DNA from: a virus | Lineage: Duplodnaviria > Caudoviricetes | Reading direction: 5' to 3' (one strand) | DNA: 42,860 nucleotides | IMG/VR virus record: IMGVR_UViG_3300047275_000196 | Coordinates: 1 to 42,860 of that record | Shown here: positions 34,069 through 42,860 of the stretch, one piece after another | Layout of the letters: the number at the start of each line of letters is the position of its first letter | Position numbering within the stretch: the first letter of the stretch is position 1 | The notes under the pieces: model-generated | Database searches by the model: none | Told to the model about the DNA's origin: nothing | The model's input: only the letters and a program-made list of their open reading frames with translations | Position numbers and translations under genes: made by a program

Positions 34069-36708
34069 ATGGCAGGTTTCGTTATTCGAGGATTCCGTGG
34101 CATGCGTCCGATCCTCGACCCAAAGCTCCTTGATAATGGCGAGGCGCAAGAAGCGGTAGACGTACGCCTGTTTTCTGGGAACATTGAGCCTGTCGAGGGT
34201 AACACCATAGTTACGCCGCTGAAGACAACCACCGGGACTGTCAAAACTATTTTCCGCGCAAGGGACAATGTTGACGAAGCCATGAATTGGCTTGAGTTTA
34301 CGGAGGATGTGGATGTTATCCGTTCACCGATTACACAGGATGACTATGGGCGTCTGTACTGGACGGGGCAAGATGTACCCCGCTACTCAACGGAGACCCT
34401 CGCGTTCGCCTTCGGCTCAAGCCCATACCCTCGCAATTCATACACGCTGGGAATACCCAAACCAACTGTTGTCCCACTTGTATCAGGAACTCCTGTCACT
34501 GATGCCGCAACCGTAGAGCGAACATACGTCATCACTCTGGCAAACTCTGACGCCAGCAAGGAATCAGCCCCGAGTGATGAGATCAAGGTAAAGGCACTAG
34601 CAGCGAACTCAGACGTTGGCGCTGTCGTTTCTCCGACGTTTACCTATCAGAGTTCCACATCTTACTTGGTGACCTGCACGGAGCCTCCGCGCCTCGCTGT
34701 AGGCGAATACATAGGCATCACTGGCGCATCGGATGCTGGTTGGAATAAAACGTGGGAAGTCGCATCTGTTGTTGATTCGCTACAGTTTACGATCAAGAAC
34801 ACACAGGAGTTTCCGGCTTCTGCCCCGAGCGGTGGCTATGTCGTAAAGAAACGATACCCGCCAAAGGTTAAGCTGTTCAGCCTCCCGACTGATAACAACG
34901 GCAACCTTGAGGTTGTCAATAAGCGCATCTATCGCAAAGTAAGCGACGTATTCCGCCTAGTGGCCATGATTCCACTGAGCGATAGCGAATATACGGATCT
35001 GCTCTTGGATGCCGACATTGCGTCTGCCGATCCGCTTGGAGGCTCGGTTGAGAACCGACCTGCCAGACCGGCAATCATTCCTGTTGCGGCCATCCCATTT
35101 GACGATGTCAGCGTCACTCCGGGTGCAACAACTGTCGCTCATGTGTACGCAATCTCTTTTGTAACGGCGACAGACATCGAAGGCCCGCTAAGCAAGTCAT
35201 CCGGCGTAGTTAATGTTGTAAACGGCGTCACGGCTGTAAACATCACGCACGCTGAGACCGCCTCGTCTGATGTGACCAAGAAGCGCATCTATCGGCAAAC
35301 AGTCACGTACTCCCCAACCGGCACGTACACGGCTCTTGATGCAAACTATCGCCTTGTTGCTGAAGTCCCTGTCTCGCAGTCTAGCTATCGAGACACCCAG
35401 TCTGACTCGGCAATCAACGGAAATGCTGCGCCGGGGGTGCAGAATGGAATTGATTCACCAGTCGTTTCTGGTGTTGCTACCTTCGGTGCAGTTGCCTCTC
35501 TGCCGCAAAAGATCACACCGGAAAGCCGCGTATATGTGTACACGTACGTGTCTGAATATGGAGAAGAAGGCCCGCCGTCAGATCCGTCTGCACTGATAGA
35601 TATCAATGCGAACGAAGGGGTTACCGTTTTAATGGGCGGTGCGCCTACTGGTAACTACAACATCACGAAGAAGTACATTTATCGAACCTCAACAGGAACA
35701 AACGCTACCGATTATCAGTTTGTTGCAGAGGTTCCTGTCGCCACAGCATCCTATCTCGACTACAAGCGCCAGTCAGATCTCGGTGAGATACTCCCGTCTA
35801 TTGATTGGCAAGCGCCGCCAACAGATATGAAAGGCTTGCGCCTGATGGCGAATGGCATCTTCGTTGGATTCTCAGGGCGTGACGTATGCTTCTCAGAGCC
35901 ATACATGCCACACGCTTGGTCTCCGAAGAACTACCTTCCAGTTGACTCAAACATAGTTGGGCTAGGCGCGTTTGGCCAGTCAATCGCTGTGCTGACGGAC
36001 TCATTCCCGTACATAGCCACTGGTGTTGACCCAGAGGCCATGACACTAGTGAAGACCTCGCTACAGCAGGCATGCGTGTCTAAGCGTTCTATCGTAGAGG
36101 CTGGAGACTCTGTTTTGTACGCATCTCCAGATGGCATCGTTCAGATTGGAATGGGCGGCACGAATGTAATTACCTCGAAGATCCTGTCTCAGAAACAGTG
36201 GAACGAGTACAATCCGTCATCCATTCACGCCTATTTACATGAAGGGCGTTACTACGCTTTCTATTCTAAGTTAGACGGCACTGGCGGGCTTTTGATATTC
36301 AACCTAGTTGGGAGCGATGCGCCATTTTCTATTGGCCCGCAAACAACTACCGCCGGACATGTTGTTCCAACCGCAGACTCTCTGCATATCGTCGAGGGTG
36401 GAAACATAGTCAAGCTGGATAAGTCCAGTACAAAAAAGACTTACTTCTGGAAGTCGAAGCTATTCGAGGCAGCGACTCCAACTAACTTTGCTGTCGCGCA
36501 GGTTATGTCCCCAGACTTTACTGGCGGATGCACATTCAAGATATACGCTGATGGCGTGCTAAAGCACACTCAGGTTGTTACCAGTAATGAACCATTCCGG
36601 CTGCCAGCAGGGTTTTTGGCTCGCGATTGGTACGTCACCGTTGAAGGTCAAGCCAAGGTTCAAATGATTGGTGTGGCTCACTCTCAAGCTGAGTTGAAGA
36701 CGGTATGA
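34069..36708 (+). CDS. Tail nozzle/stabilisation-type protein with three FN3-like repeats
   Basis: FRGMRP..DP.LL N-terminus; C-terminal FSEPYMPHAW, QACVSKRS, YASPDG, WKSK, FRLPAG. Confidence 0.75.
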   Translation: MAGFVIRGFRGMRPILDPKLLDNGEAQEAVDVRLFSGNIEPVEGNTIVTPLKTTTGTVKTIFRARDNVDEAMNWLEFTEDVDVIRSPITQDDYGRLYWTGQDVPRYSTETLAFAFGSSPYPRNSYTLGIPKPTVVPLVSGTPVTDAATVERTYVITLANSDASKESAPSDEIKVKALAANSDVGAVVSPTFTYQSSTSYLVTCTEPPRLAVGEYIGITGASDAGWNKTWEVASVVDSLQFTIKNTQEFPASAPSGGYVVKKRYPPKVKLFSLPTDNNGNLEVVNKRIYRKVSDVFRLVAMIPLSDSEYTDLLLDADIASADPLGGSVENRPARPAIIPVAAIPFDDVSVTPGATTVAHVYAISFVTATDIEGPLSKSSGVVNVVNGVTAVNITHAETASSDVTKKRIYRQTVTYSPTGTYTALDANYRLVAEVPVSQSSYRDTQSDSAINGNAAPGVQNGIDSPVVSGVATFGAVASLPQKITPESRVYVYTYVSEYGEEGPPSDPSALIDINANEGVTVLMGGAPTGNYNITKKYIYRTSTGTNATDYQFVAEVPVATASYLDYKRQSDLGEILPSIDWQAPPTDMKGLRLMANGIFVGFSGRDVCFSEPYMPHAWSPKNYLPVDSNIVGLGAFGQSIAVLTDSFPYIATGVDPEAMTLVKTSLQQACVSKRSIVEAGDSVLYASPDGIVQIGMGGTNVITSKILSQKQWNEYNPSSIHAYLHEGRYYAFYSKLDGTGGLLIFNLVGSDAPFSIGPQTTTAGHVVPTADSLHIVEGGNIVKLDKSSTKKTYFWKSKLFEAATPTNFAVAQVMSPDFTGGCTFKIYADGVLKHTQVVTSNEPFRLPAGFLARDWYVTVEGQAKVQMIGVAHSQAELKTV

Positions 36709-39700
36709 CTTCAGAGACAAAAGTCCCTGCTATACCAGATATCCAGACTGGCTCCGTTGAGTCAGTCCTTAGCGCGGTCAAGATGGTTCTTGACGTTCGA
36801 GAGGGTCGTGCTGGCAATGAGCTAGACGCCAACGTCACGTATCGAGACTTGATTGCGCTTGGTGTCGCAAAGGACGCATCAGGTCAGTTTCAGTACTCGC
36901 CATCTACCGCCAGCAGACTTGGTCTGCCGGTAAATCCTTCCGGTGTTGACCCTGATGGGTACGATCCGAAGGTAGACCTGACACCGCCTCCAGCGCCAAC
37001 TAATGTGCAGGCTAACGGTGGCATCGGCGTTATCTTCCTGACTTGGGATCAGTCCGCTTACAAGAACCATCAGTACGCTGAGGTTTGGCGAGCAGAGGTT
37101 GACAACGTAGGCGATGCTACGCTGCTTGGAACCAGCACCTCTCAGGGCTTCATGGATAGCCCTAACGCTAAAGACTTCACCTATTACTACTGGGTTCGGT
37201 TTGTATCCAAGGCTGAGGTAAAGGGGCCATACAGTCAGGAGTCTGCATCTGCACAGGCCGCTGAGAATCCTGCAATAACGATTGCGCGTCTTGAGAAGGA
37301 GATCCTTGAGACTCAGTTCGCAAAAGATCTAGCCAGCCGAATCCAGCTTATCGACGGGCCTGCAGAGTTAGTCAACTCGGTGAACTACCGCATGAAGCAG
37401 GAGTTCGCCGCTCGTGTTGCCGCCATCAATGCTGAGGCTGCAATCCGCGCACAAGCACTTCTCGATGAGGCTGAGGCTCGCGGAACTGCCATTACCAATG
37501 AGCAGATTGCAAGGCAGACGGAAGACGAAGCTCTTGCCCTTGATATCACGACTCTGACTGCGACGGTCAACGAGAACAATGCAGACCTTATCGCCGCAAT
37601 CGAGACCGAAGCCTCTACCAGAGCGACTGCGGACGAGGCCGAGGCTATTCAGAGAAACACGCTAGCGACTCAGATGCGCGGCGGTTATACCGGAAGTGAT
37701 CTTAATCAGGTCACAACCGGACTCATATTCCAAGAGCGGAAGGCTCGCTCAGAGCAAGACTCTGCTCTAGCACAGCAGATTTCGCTACTGACTGCAGGCG
37801 TGTCTGGCGGCTTCGATCCATACGATACCTATCACTTCGACAGCTCTGTTGATGGATGGGCTGGGTCTAACTGCACGCTGTCTGTTGGCAACGGATACGT
37901 CACCCTCACTCCGACAGGCGCTGATCCTTCAATCAGCTTGTCTGCGGACTTCAACCCCGGATTTAGCGGCGCTTCATATCGGATTGTGAAGGTGCGCTTC
38001 AAGCGAGTGGCAGGCACTGGCTGGGTAGGCAAGCTGCGCTGGAAGACTTCTGGCCACGGGTTCTCTACGTCTTACGAGAAAACTATCGCAGACCCCGGAA
38101 TTGGAGTCGGTGACACGACCATTGTTGACTTTGACGTTGATGGAATTACTGACTGGACTAGCGGCACGATTCTGAACATACAGATCCTGCTTGGCACCAG
38201 TTCTGATACATTTGACATTGACTGGATCTCGGTTGGCCGTAATGCGCCAGCCGCATCTCAGGCATCAATTTTGGAAGAGGCAATTGCTAGAGCCGCTGCC
38301 GACTCTGCTGAGGTACTCGCAAGACAGCTGCTTTCTACTTCAGTAATTGGCTCAACAGATCCTTCGGGCGTTACGTTTGCAACGGTAGGAGGATTGATTG
38401 GAAGCGAAAAAACTGCCCGTGCTAATGCTGACAGCAGCGAAGTTGCTGCGCGTGAGCTTCTTTCTACGACGCTTACTGGGCAACCAACAGCGTCTGGCTT
38501 AACACTTTCAAACATTTCAGGAATCATTGGGGAAGAGAAATCTGCTCGGATTGACAGAGACTCTGCCTTAACCACCATAACAAACGGTCTGCAGTCTCAG
38601 GTCAACCTGAAGACAAAGGTTTATCAGCAAAACACACAGCCAACTGCACCTCCTCTTCCGCTTACTTCGTTCACTGTTGGCGATTTGTGGATTGATACGA
38701 CACCAGATGTCAACAAGATGTACCGCTGGACTGGCAGCGCTTGGGTAGAAACAACAGACGCCAGAATTCAAACCCTAACATCTGACGTATCAGATCTTCA
38801 GGAAACCTACGCAGATCTGAATGACGACGTTAATGGCCCAACTGGACTTGCCACTCGCGTCAGCGCTACAGAAGTAGCCATATCCAGCAAGAACAGAACC
38901 TATCGTCAAACTACAGCGCCTACTGGCGCACTTGTTGCTGGCGATATTTGGTTCAACACATCAAGCAATAACGCCGCTTATCGATGGGACGGAAGCAGTT
39001 GGGTTCTTACTGAAGACACAAGAATCCCGCAGACTGCATCCGCTATCGTCAATGTCGAGCAAACCAAGATAGGTTACGCAACACTTAACGCCACTGGAGA
39101 AGTGTTCGACAACAACGGCGCTATTCGCACCGCGACTGATGTTGCCGCTTGGAACTCTGCGAACCCCGGAAATCAGGCTACGTGGAATATTGGAATCCCG
39201 TTCGCCTCAGCCGTGAAGCAAGTCAGTATTTCTGACGGCCTTTCATCTGTTCGCCTTGAACAGCGTTTCACTGCACAGCGCGGCACTAATAACACGCTGC
39301 TTGGGCAGTATTCAGTCAAGATTGACAACAACGGTCATGTTGCCGGATTCGGTCTATCAAGCTCCGAAGTAAACGGAACACCGACATCTGCGTTCATTAT
39401 TCGCGCAGACAAGTTTGCCATCATCGATCCGGCAAGTACGGCAAACAGCCTGACGAATACGCCGTCTGCAGATACTGTCCCGTTCTTTGTTGAAAGCGGC
39501 AACGTCTACATGAAGAGTGCGTTTATTAAAAACGCAACTATCACGTCCGCGCAGATTGCATCGCTTACTGCAAACAAGATTACGACCGGCTACATCAATG
39601 CAGTCGTTGGAATCAACGGTGCAAAGACTTACGGCACTGAGCTTTATGCTGGCGGAAGCACTAGTGTGCAGACTGACGGCAACGGCAATATCATCGGATT

Positions 39701-40772
39701 CACCACACAGAATCCAACGCTGTCCATAGTTGACGGCGTGGCGACGTTCGTTGCGTCTTCATTCCGCATCGCGAACTCCGCATCCGGAACGCCGACAAAC
39801 GTATTTCCATTCAAGGTTGAAGGCGGCGTCACATACCTAGATACCGCAATCATAAAAAATGGCACGATTACTACCGCGCAGATAGAGAACGCTCAGATCA
39901 GCAACGCGCAGATTACTTCGCTTTCTGCTGACAAGATTACTAGCGGAACTATCTCGACATCGCGCCTTGCGATTGACTCCAATACGCTAACCTCAAGCGG
40001 CGGATTGCTGACAATTACTGGTGGCGCAATTACTAACCAGCTGATTGCCACCAATGCAAACATTGACGGCGCTAAGATTGCCAGCCTGAATGTCACAAAG
40101 CTGACTGGAGACGTAACGAAGTTCGTTACATCAAAAACGTCACCCGGAACTTTGACGACATCAGATGTAGCTGCGATGATAGTCCAGCTTCCAGCATCAA
40201 CCCATGTCGATGGGCATGCCCCGTATATTCAGGTAAACGTCAATCAGTCTGTGTACGCGCAGGCCCTGACATACCTTACGGTTCAATCCGCCAGAGTTGG
40301 CGACGGAACCACAACGCCGCCGATTGGCCCGCTTACTCCAATATCTCAAGAGTTGGATGTATTTATTGACTACTACTTTGGGATCTACACCCAATATGGC
40401 TGGATACTAACCTTTAGTGGTGAGTTAGATATCGATGTTGGCGACACTATCACCTCAGAGACTGGCGCTTCTGGGCCAGTCAATAATGTCGCATTTGATG
40501 GAACCAACACAATCGTCACTGTCACCCAGACAACTGACTACCTTGGAACCGTCTACACCAGAACTCGTCCAACACTAGCCCCCGGACAGATTGGGACGTA
40601 CAACACCATAGGATCAACGTACTGGGACTCCTATGACATGATCGGAACTACCCTGTTTGCCGGTCTTGGAACGACAAAGCAGCCAAGATCCTTCAAGATC
40701 CTGTTACGCGCACAGTACAACAACACAGTTACAATACAGTCTGTTAATGCTGTTGTTATGGGGATACGTTAA
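36705..40772 (+). CDS. Tail fibre/tip protein (FN3, coiled coil, DUF1983-like)
   Basis: PPAPTNV...YYYWVRFVS; A/E-rich coiled coil; YSVKIDNNGHVAGFGL...FIIRADKFAI...AFIKNATITSAQI. Confidence 0.75.
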   Translation: MTSETKVPAIPDIQTGSVESVLSAVKMVLDVREGRAGNELDANVTYRDLIALGVAKDASGQFQYSPSTASRLGLPVNPSGVDPDGYDPKVDLTPPPAPTNVQANGGIGVIFLTWDQSAYKNHQYAEVWRAEVDNVGDATLLGTSTSQGFMDSPNAKDFTYYYWVRFVSKAEVKGPYSQESASAQAAENPAITIARLEKEILETQFAKDLASRIQLIDGPAELVNSVNYRMKQEFAARVAAINAEAAIRAQALLDEAEARGTAITNEQIARQTEDEALALDITTLTATVNENNADLIAAIETEASTRATADEAEAIQRNTLATQMRGGYTGSDLNQVTTGLIFQERKARSEQDSALAQQISLLTAGVSGGFDPYDTYHFDSSVDGWAGSNCTLSVGNGYVTLTPTGADPSISLSADFNPGFSGASYRIVKVRFKRVAGTGWVGKLRWKTSGHGFSTSYEKTIADPGIGVGDTTIVDFDVDGITDWTSGTILNIQILLGTSSDTFDIDWISVGRNAPAASQASILEEAIARAAADSAEVLARQLLSTSVIGSTDPSGVTFATVGGLIGSEKTARANADSSEVAARELLSTTLTGQPTASGLTLSNISGIIGEEKSARIDRDSALTTITNGLQSQVNLKTKVYQQNTQPTAPPLPLTSFTVGDLWIDTTPDVNKMYRWTGSAWVETTDARIQTLTSDVSDLQETYADLNDDVNGPTGLATRVSATEVAISSKNRTYRQTTAPTGALVAGDIWFNTSSNNAAYRWDGSSWVLTEDTRIPQTASAIVNVEQTKIGYATLNATGEVFDNNGAIRTATDVAAWNSANPGNQATWNIGIPFASAVKQVSISDGLSSVRLEQRFTAQRGTNNTLLGQYSVKIDNNGHVAGFGLSSSEVNGTPTSAFIIRADKFAIIDPASTANSLTNTPSADTVPFFVESGNVYMKSAFIKNATITSAQIASLTANKITTGYINAVVGINGAKTYGTELYAGGSTSVQTDGNGNIIGFTTQNPTLSIVDGVATFVASSFRIANSASGTPTNVFPFKVEGGVTYLDTAIIKNGTITTAQIENAQISNAQITSLSADKITSGTISTSRLAIDSNTLTSSGGLLTITGGAITNQLIATNANIDGAKIASLNVTKLTGDVTKFVTSKTSPGTLTTSDVAAMIVQLPASTHVDGHAPYIQVNVNQSVYAQALTYLTVQSARVGDGTTTPPIGPLTPISQELDVFIDYYFGIYTQYGWILTFSGELDIDVGDTITSETGASGPVNNVAFDGTNTIVTVTQTTDYLGTVYTRTRPTLAPGQIGTYNTIGSTYWDSYDMIGTTLFAGLGTTKQPRSFKILLRAQYNNTVTIQSVNAVVMGIR

Positions 40773-41086
40773 TGTACATCCTCTGGGACTTAGATGGCCC
40801 CGCCAGTTCCCCCCAAAGCGTTCCGGGGCCGTATGGCGAGTGGCTGCCGGTTATTCCGGCAAAGCTAGATAACTTCAACCCTGTCACCCAGACTATCGCC
40901 TATGTCCGCGACGGCGGGTTTGTCCGCGAGGTGGTCAGTGGGAACTCGGAAAAGACCTACTGGCAAAAACGCAGCCGAGAGTACCCAAAGCTAGAAGATC
41001 AGCTTGACGCCATCTGGAAGGGCGGAGAGGCGATGGAAGAGATGCGCCGCCGGGTCTTGGCCGTCAAGGAGAAGTACCCGAAATGA
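40772..41086 (+). CDS. Tail-associated hypothetical protein
   Basis: R.REYP.LEDQLDAIW...VKEKYPK C-terminal motif. Confidence 0.7.
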   Translation: MYILWDLDGPASSPQSVPGPYGEWLPVIPAKLDNFNPVTQTIAYVRDGGFVREVVSGNSEKTYWQKRSREYPKLEDQLDAIWKGGEAMEEMRRRVLAVKEKYPK

Positions 41087-41676
41087 AGGATCTCGCGAGC
41101 GTCCTGCAGCAGAACATCGGTAATGTACTCACGGAAGAGCTTGCGCTTGGGATCTTGTTGTCGGTGTCTGGCAACGATAACCAATACATCAATATCATGG
41201 ACATCCCGGCTGAGGAATACGGGGATGCCGTTATCAATGTCGAGTTCCTCAAGGACTGCTTGGAGGAGATCAAGCCAGTCCATGCCCAGCACTGGGCCGA
41301 GACCGAGTCCTATCGGCACGGAATAGCCCTAGATCCAAACTACGAATACATGTGCAACGCTGAAGCGCAGGGCCGCTTTATGCTGTTCACGGTTCGGGTT
41401 GCTGGCCGACTGGTCGGCAACTGCATGATGTACTTGTCCAAGAGTACGCATACCCAGAAATGGGTGGCAGAAGAGGACACCATTTTCATTCTCCCCGAAT
41501 ACCGCAAGGGTCGGCTCGGGGTGCGTCTCATCCGATACGTGGAAGACGTTCTCGTAAACATGGGTGTGACGGAGATTCGTGTAACAGTTAAAACAGTCAA
41601 TGAAGTTGGTCGGCTGTTACAGCATCTCGGATATGTCCACACCGGCAACCAACTGACAAAGACTTTTCAGGAGTAA
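41083..41676 (+). CDS. GNAT family acetyltransferase
   Basis: IFILPEYRKGRLGVRLI acetyl-CoA-binding motif A; LLQHLGY. Confidence 0.8.
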   Translation: MKDLASVLQQNIGNVLTEELALGILLSVSGNDNQYINIMDIPAEEYGDAVINVEFLKDCLEEIKPVHAQHWAETESYRHGIALDPNYEYMCNAEAQGRFMLFTVRVAGRLVGNCMMYLSKSTHTQKWVAEEDTIFILPEYRKGRLGVRLIRYVEDVLVNMGVTEIRVTVKTVNEVGRLLQHLGYVHTGNQLTKTFQE

Positions 41677-41680
41677 GAGA

Positions 41681-42757
41681 ATGTGCAGTGACGCTCCCCC
41701 GCCGCCAGATTTCACGCCGCTCGCAAATGCGATGCGCGAAGTCGGCGATAAGATGGCAGCCCTTGGCGAACGACAACTGGCCTTCGGTCAGCAGCGGTAT
41801 CAGGAAACTATGCCGCTCTACCAGCAGCTAGTCTCGTCCAACCTTGAAGGGCAAAAGCTGGCTATGGAGATGGCCAGAGATGCCGCCAAGGAGCGGATCA
41901 AGTACCGCGCCTTAGAAGACAGCATCTTGGAAGAGACGCAGCGCTTCAGTGAAGCCGAAGCGGCTGATCGTTTTGCTGGTCAGGCTGGCGCGGACGTTCA
42001 GCAAGCTCTCGGGCAGCAGCGTTCTGCGGCAATGCGAAACCTGACGCGCATGGGTGTTAACCCGAATGCTGCTCGGTTTGCTGCGCTGAACAACGAGTTC
42101 GCCTTGCGAGGCGCTGCCGCCACCGCTGGTGCCAAGACTTCCGCAAGATTCGCCGCGCAAGACCTTGGTCAGCGTTTACGATACAACGCCGCTGCAATGG
42201 GTCGCGGGCTGCCTGCACAGCAGCTTTCGGCTATCGGCACTGGCGTACAGGCTGGTGGCGCTACGAGTGCGCTTGTTCAGCAGCAGAATGCTCCGATGTA
42301 TGCTGGCTTCCAAGGCGCGATGGGCGGATTGCAGGGCCAGATGGGCGGCATTCAAGGCGCTGGCAGCCTGATGAACATGGGCTACCAGAACCAGCTTGCC
42401 TACAGTCAGGCCAACAGCGGACTGGCTGGCGCACTTGGCCAGCTTGGCGGCATGGCTCTCGGCTATTTCATGCCCGGAGCAGCAGACGGCGGTCAGGTAG
42501 ACGACGTAGTCAGCGATGCTCGCAAGAACGAGAACGGCTCTGGCGGAAAGATCACTGGCCCCGGCACGGGAACGTCGGACAGCGTTCAGGCAATCAACAT
42601 GTCTGACGGAACTCCGATTCGCCTGAGTAACGGCGAGTACATCATCCCAGCTGATGTCGTTCGAGAGAAGGGCAAAGAGTTCTTCGACAACATGGTTGAG
42701 AAACATCACACGCCTGTACGCAAGAGTCGTCGGCGCAAAGCTCTCAGGAAGGGTTAA
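41681..42757 (+). CDS. Internal virion (ejection-type) protein
   Basis: Follows the GNAT; A/G/Q-rich; RMGVNPNAARF; C-terminal GPGTGTSDSV...LSNGEYIIPADVV. Confidence 0.7.
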   Translation: MCSDAPPPPDFTPLANAMREVGDKMAALGERQLAFGQQRYQETMPLYQQLVSSNLEGQKLAMEMARDAAKERIKYRALEDSILEETQRFSEAEAADRFAGQAGADVQQALGQQRSAAMRNLTRMGVNPNAARFAALNNEFALRGAAATAGAKTSARFAAQDLGQRLRYNAAAMGRGLPAQQLSAIGTGVQAGGATSALVQQQNAPMYAGFQGAMGGLQGQMGGIQGAGSLMNMGYQNQLAYSQANSGLAGALGQLGGMALGYFMPGAADGGQVDDVVSDARKNENGSGGKITGPGTGTSDSVQAINMSDGTPIRLSNGEYIIPADVVREKGKEFFDNMVEKHHTPVRKSRRRKALRKG

Positions 42758-42759
42758 TC

Positions 42760-42860
42760 ATGGCAAGCTTCGCAGAAGGTATCGTTCAGGGTCTCCAGCG
42801 TCAGCAGGAGTTGAACCTGCGTAAAGCTGAGCAGCGCCGTCAACAGGCCGTCAGCATGTC
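42760..42860 (+). CDS. Start of a probable internal virion protein, truncated by the window
   Basis: ATG 42760, MASFAEGIVQGLQRQQE..., open to the window end. Confidence 0.55.
   Translation, partial: MASFAEGIVQGLQRQQELNLRKAEQRRQQAVSM

Noticed and set aside
1-42860. tRNA genes, integrase, transposase, introns or inteins
   Set aside because: None recognised by eye; terL, helicase, portal and capsid appear uninterrupted. tRNAscan-SE was not run.

Overview
A ~43-kb segment of a tailed dsDNA bacteriophage genome with a podovirus-like gene set; the host is probably a proteobacterium (inference). Layout: (1) a + strand replication/recombination block (replication initiator-like protein, DUF3310, DnaB/Twinkle-like helicase, DUF1364, Holliday junction resolvase-like, Q-like zinc-finger protein; 233-5757); (2) a - strand operon (about 11050 down to 5904) driven by a sigma70-type promoter, with a structured leader, small ORFs and a CobS-like AAA+/CobT-like VWA pair; (3) + strand late genes: small basic proteins, TerS, metallophosphoesterase, lysis genes, TerL, portal, scaffold, major capsid, adaptors, a 1915-aa tail fibre, nozzle, a second fibre/tip protein, a GNAT and internal virion proteins. 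The most notable signal is in the - strand operon: three intact type II hammerhead ribozymes (9128-9189, 9948-10001, 10586-10637) plus a half-ribozyme (10265-10292). Each intact one begins at the last base of an upstream UAG stop and is followed by a CAACAAC spacer, a Shine-Dalgarno and the next ATG, suggesting a self-processing phage mRNA. Other candidate structured RNAs lie at 44-135, 10869-11046 and 20633-20699. Family names come from motif recognition and recall, not from database searches.
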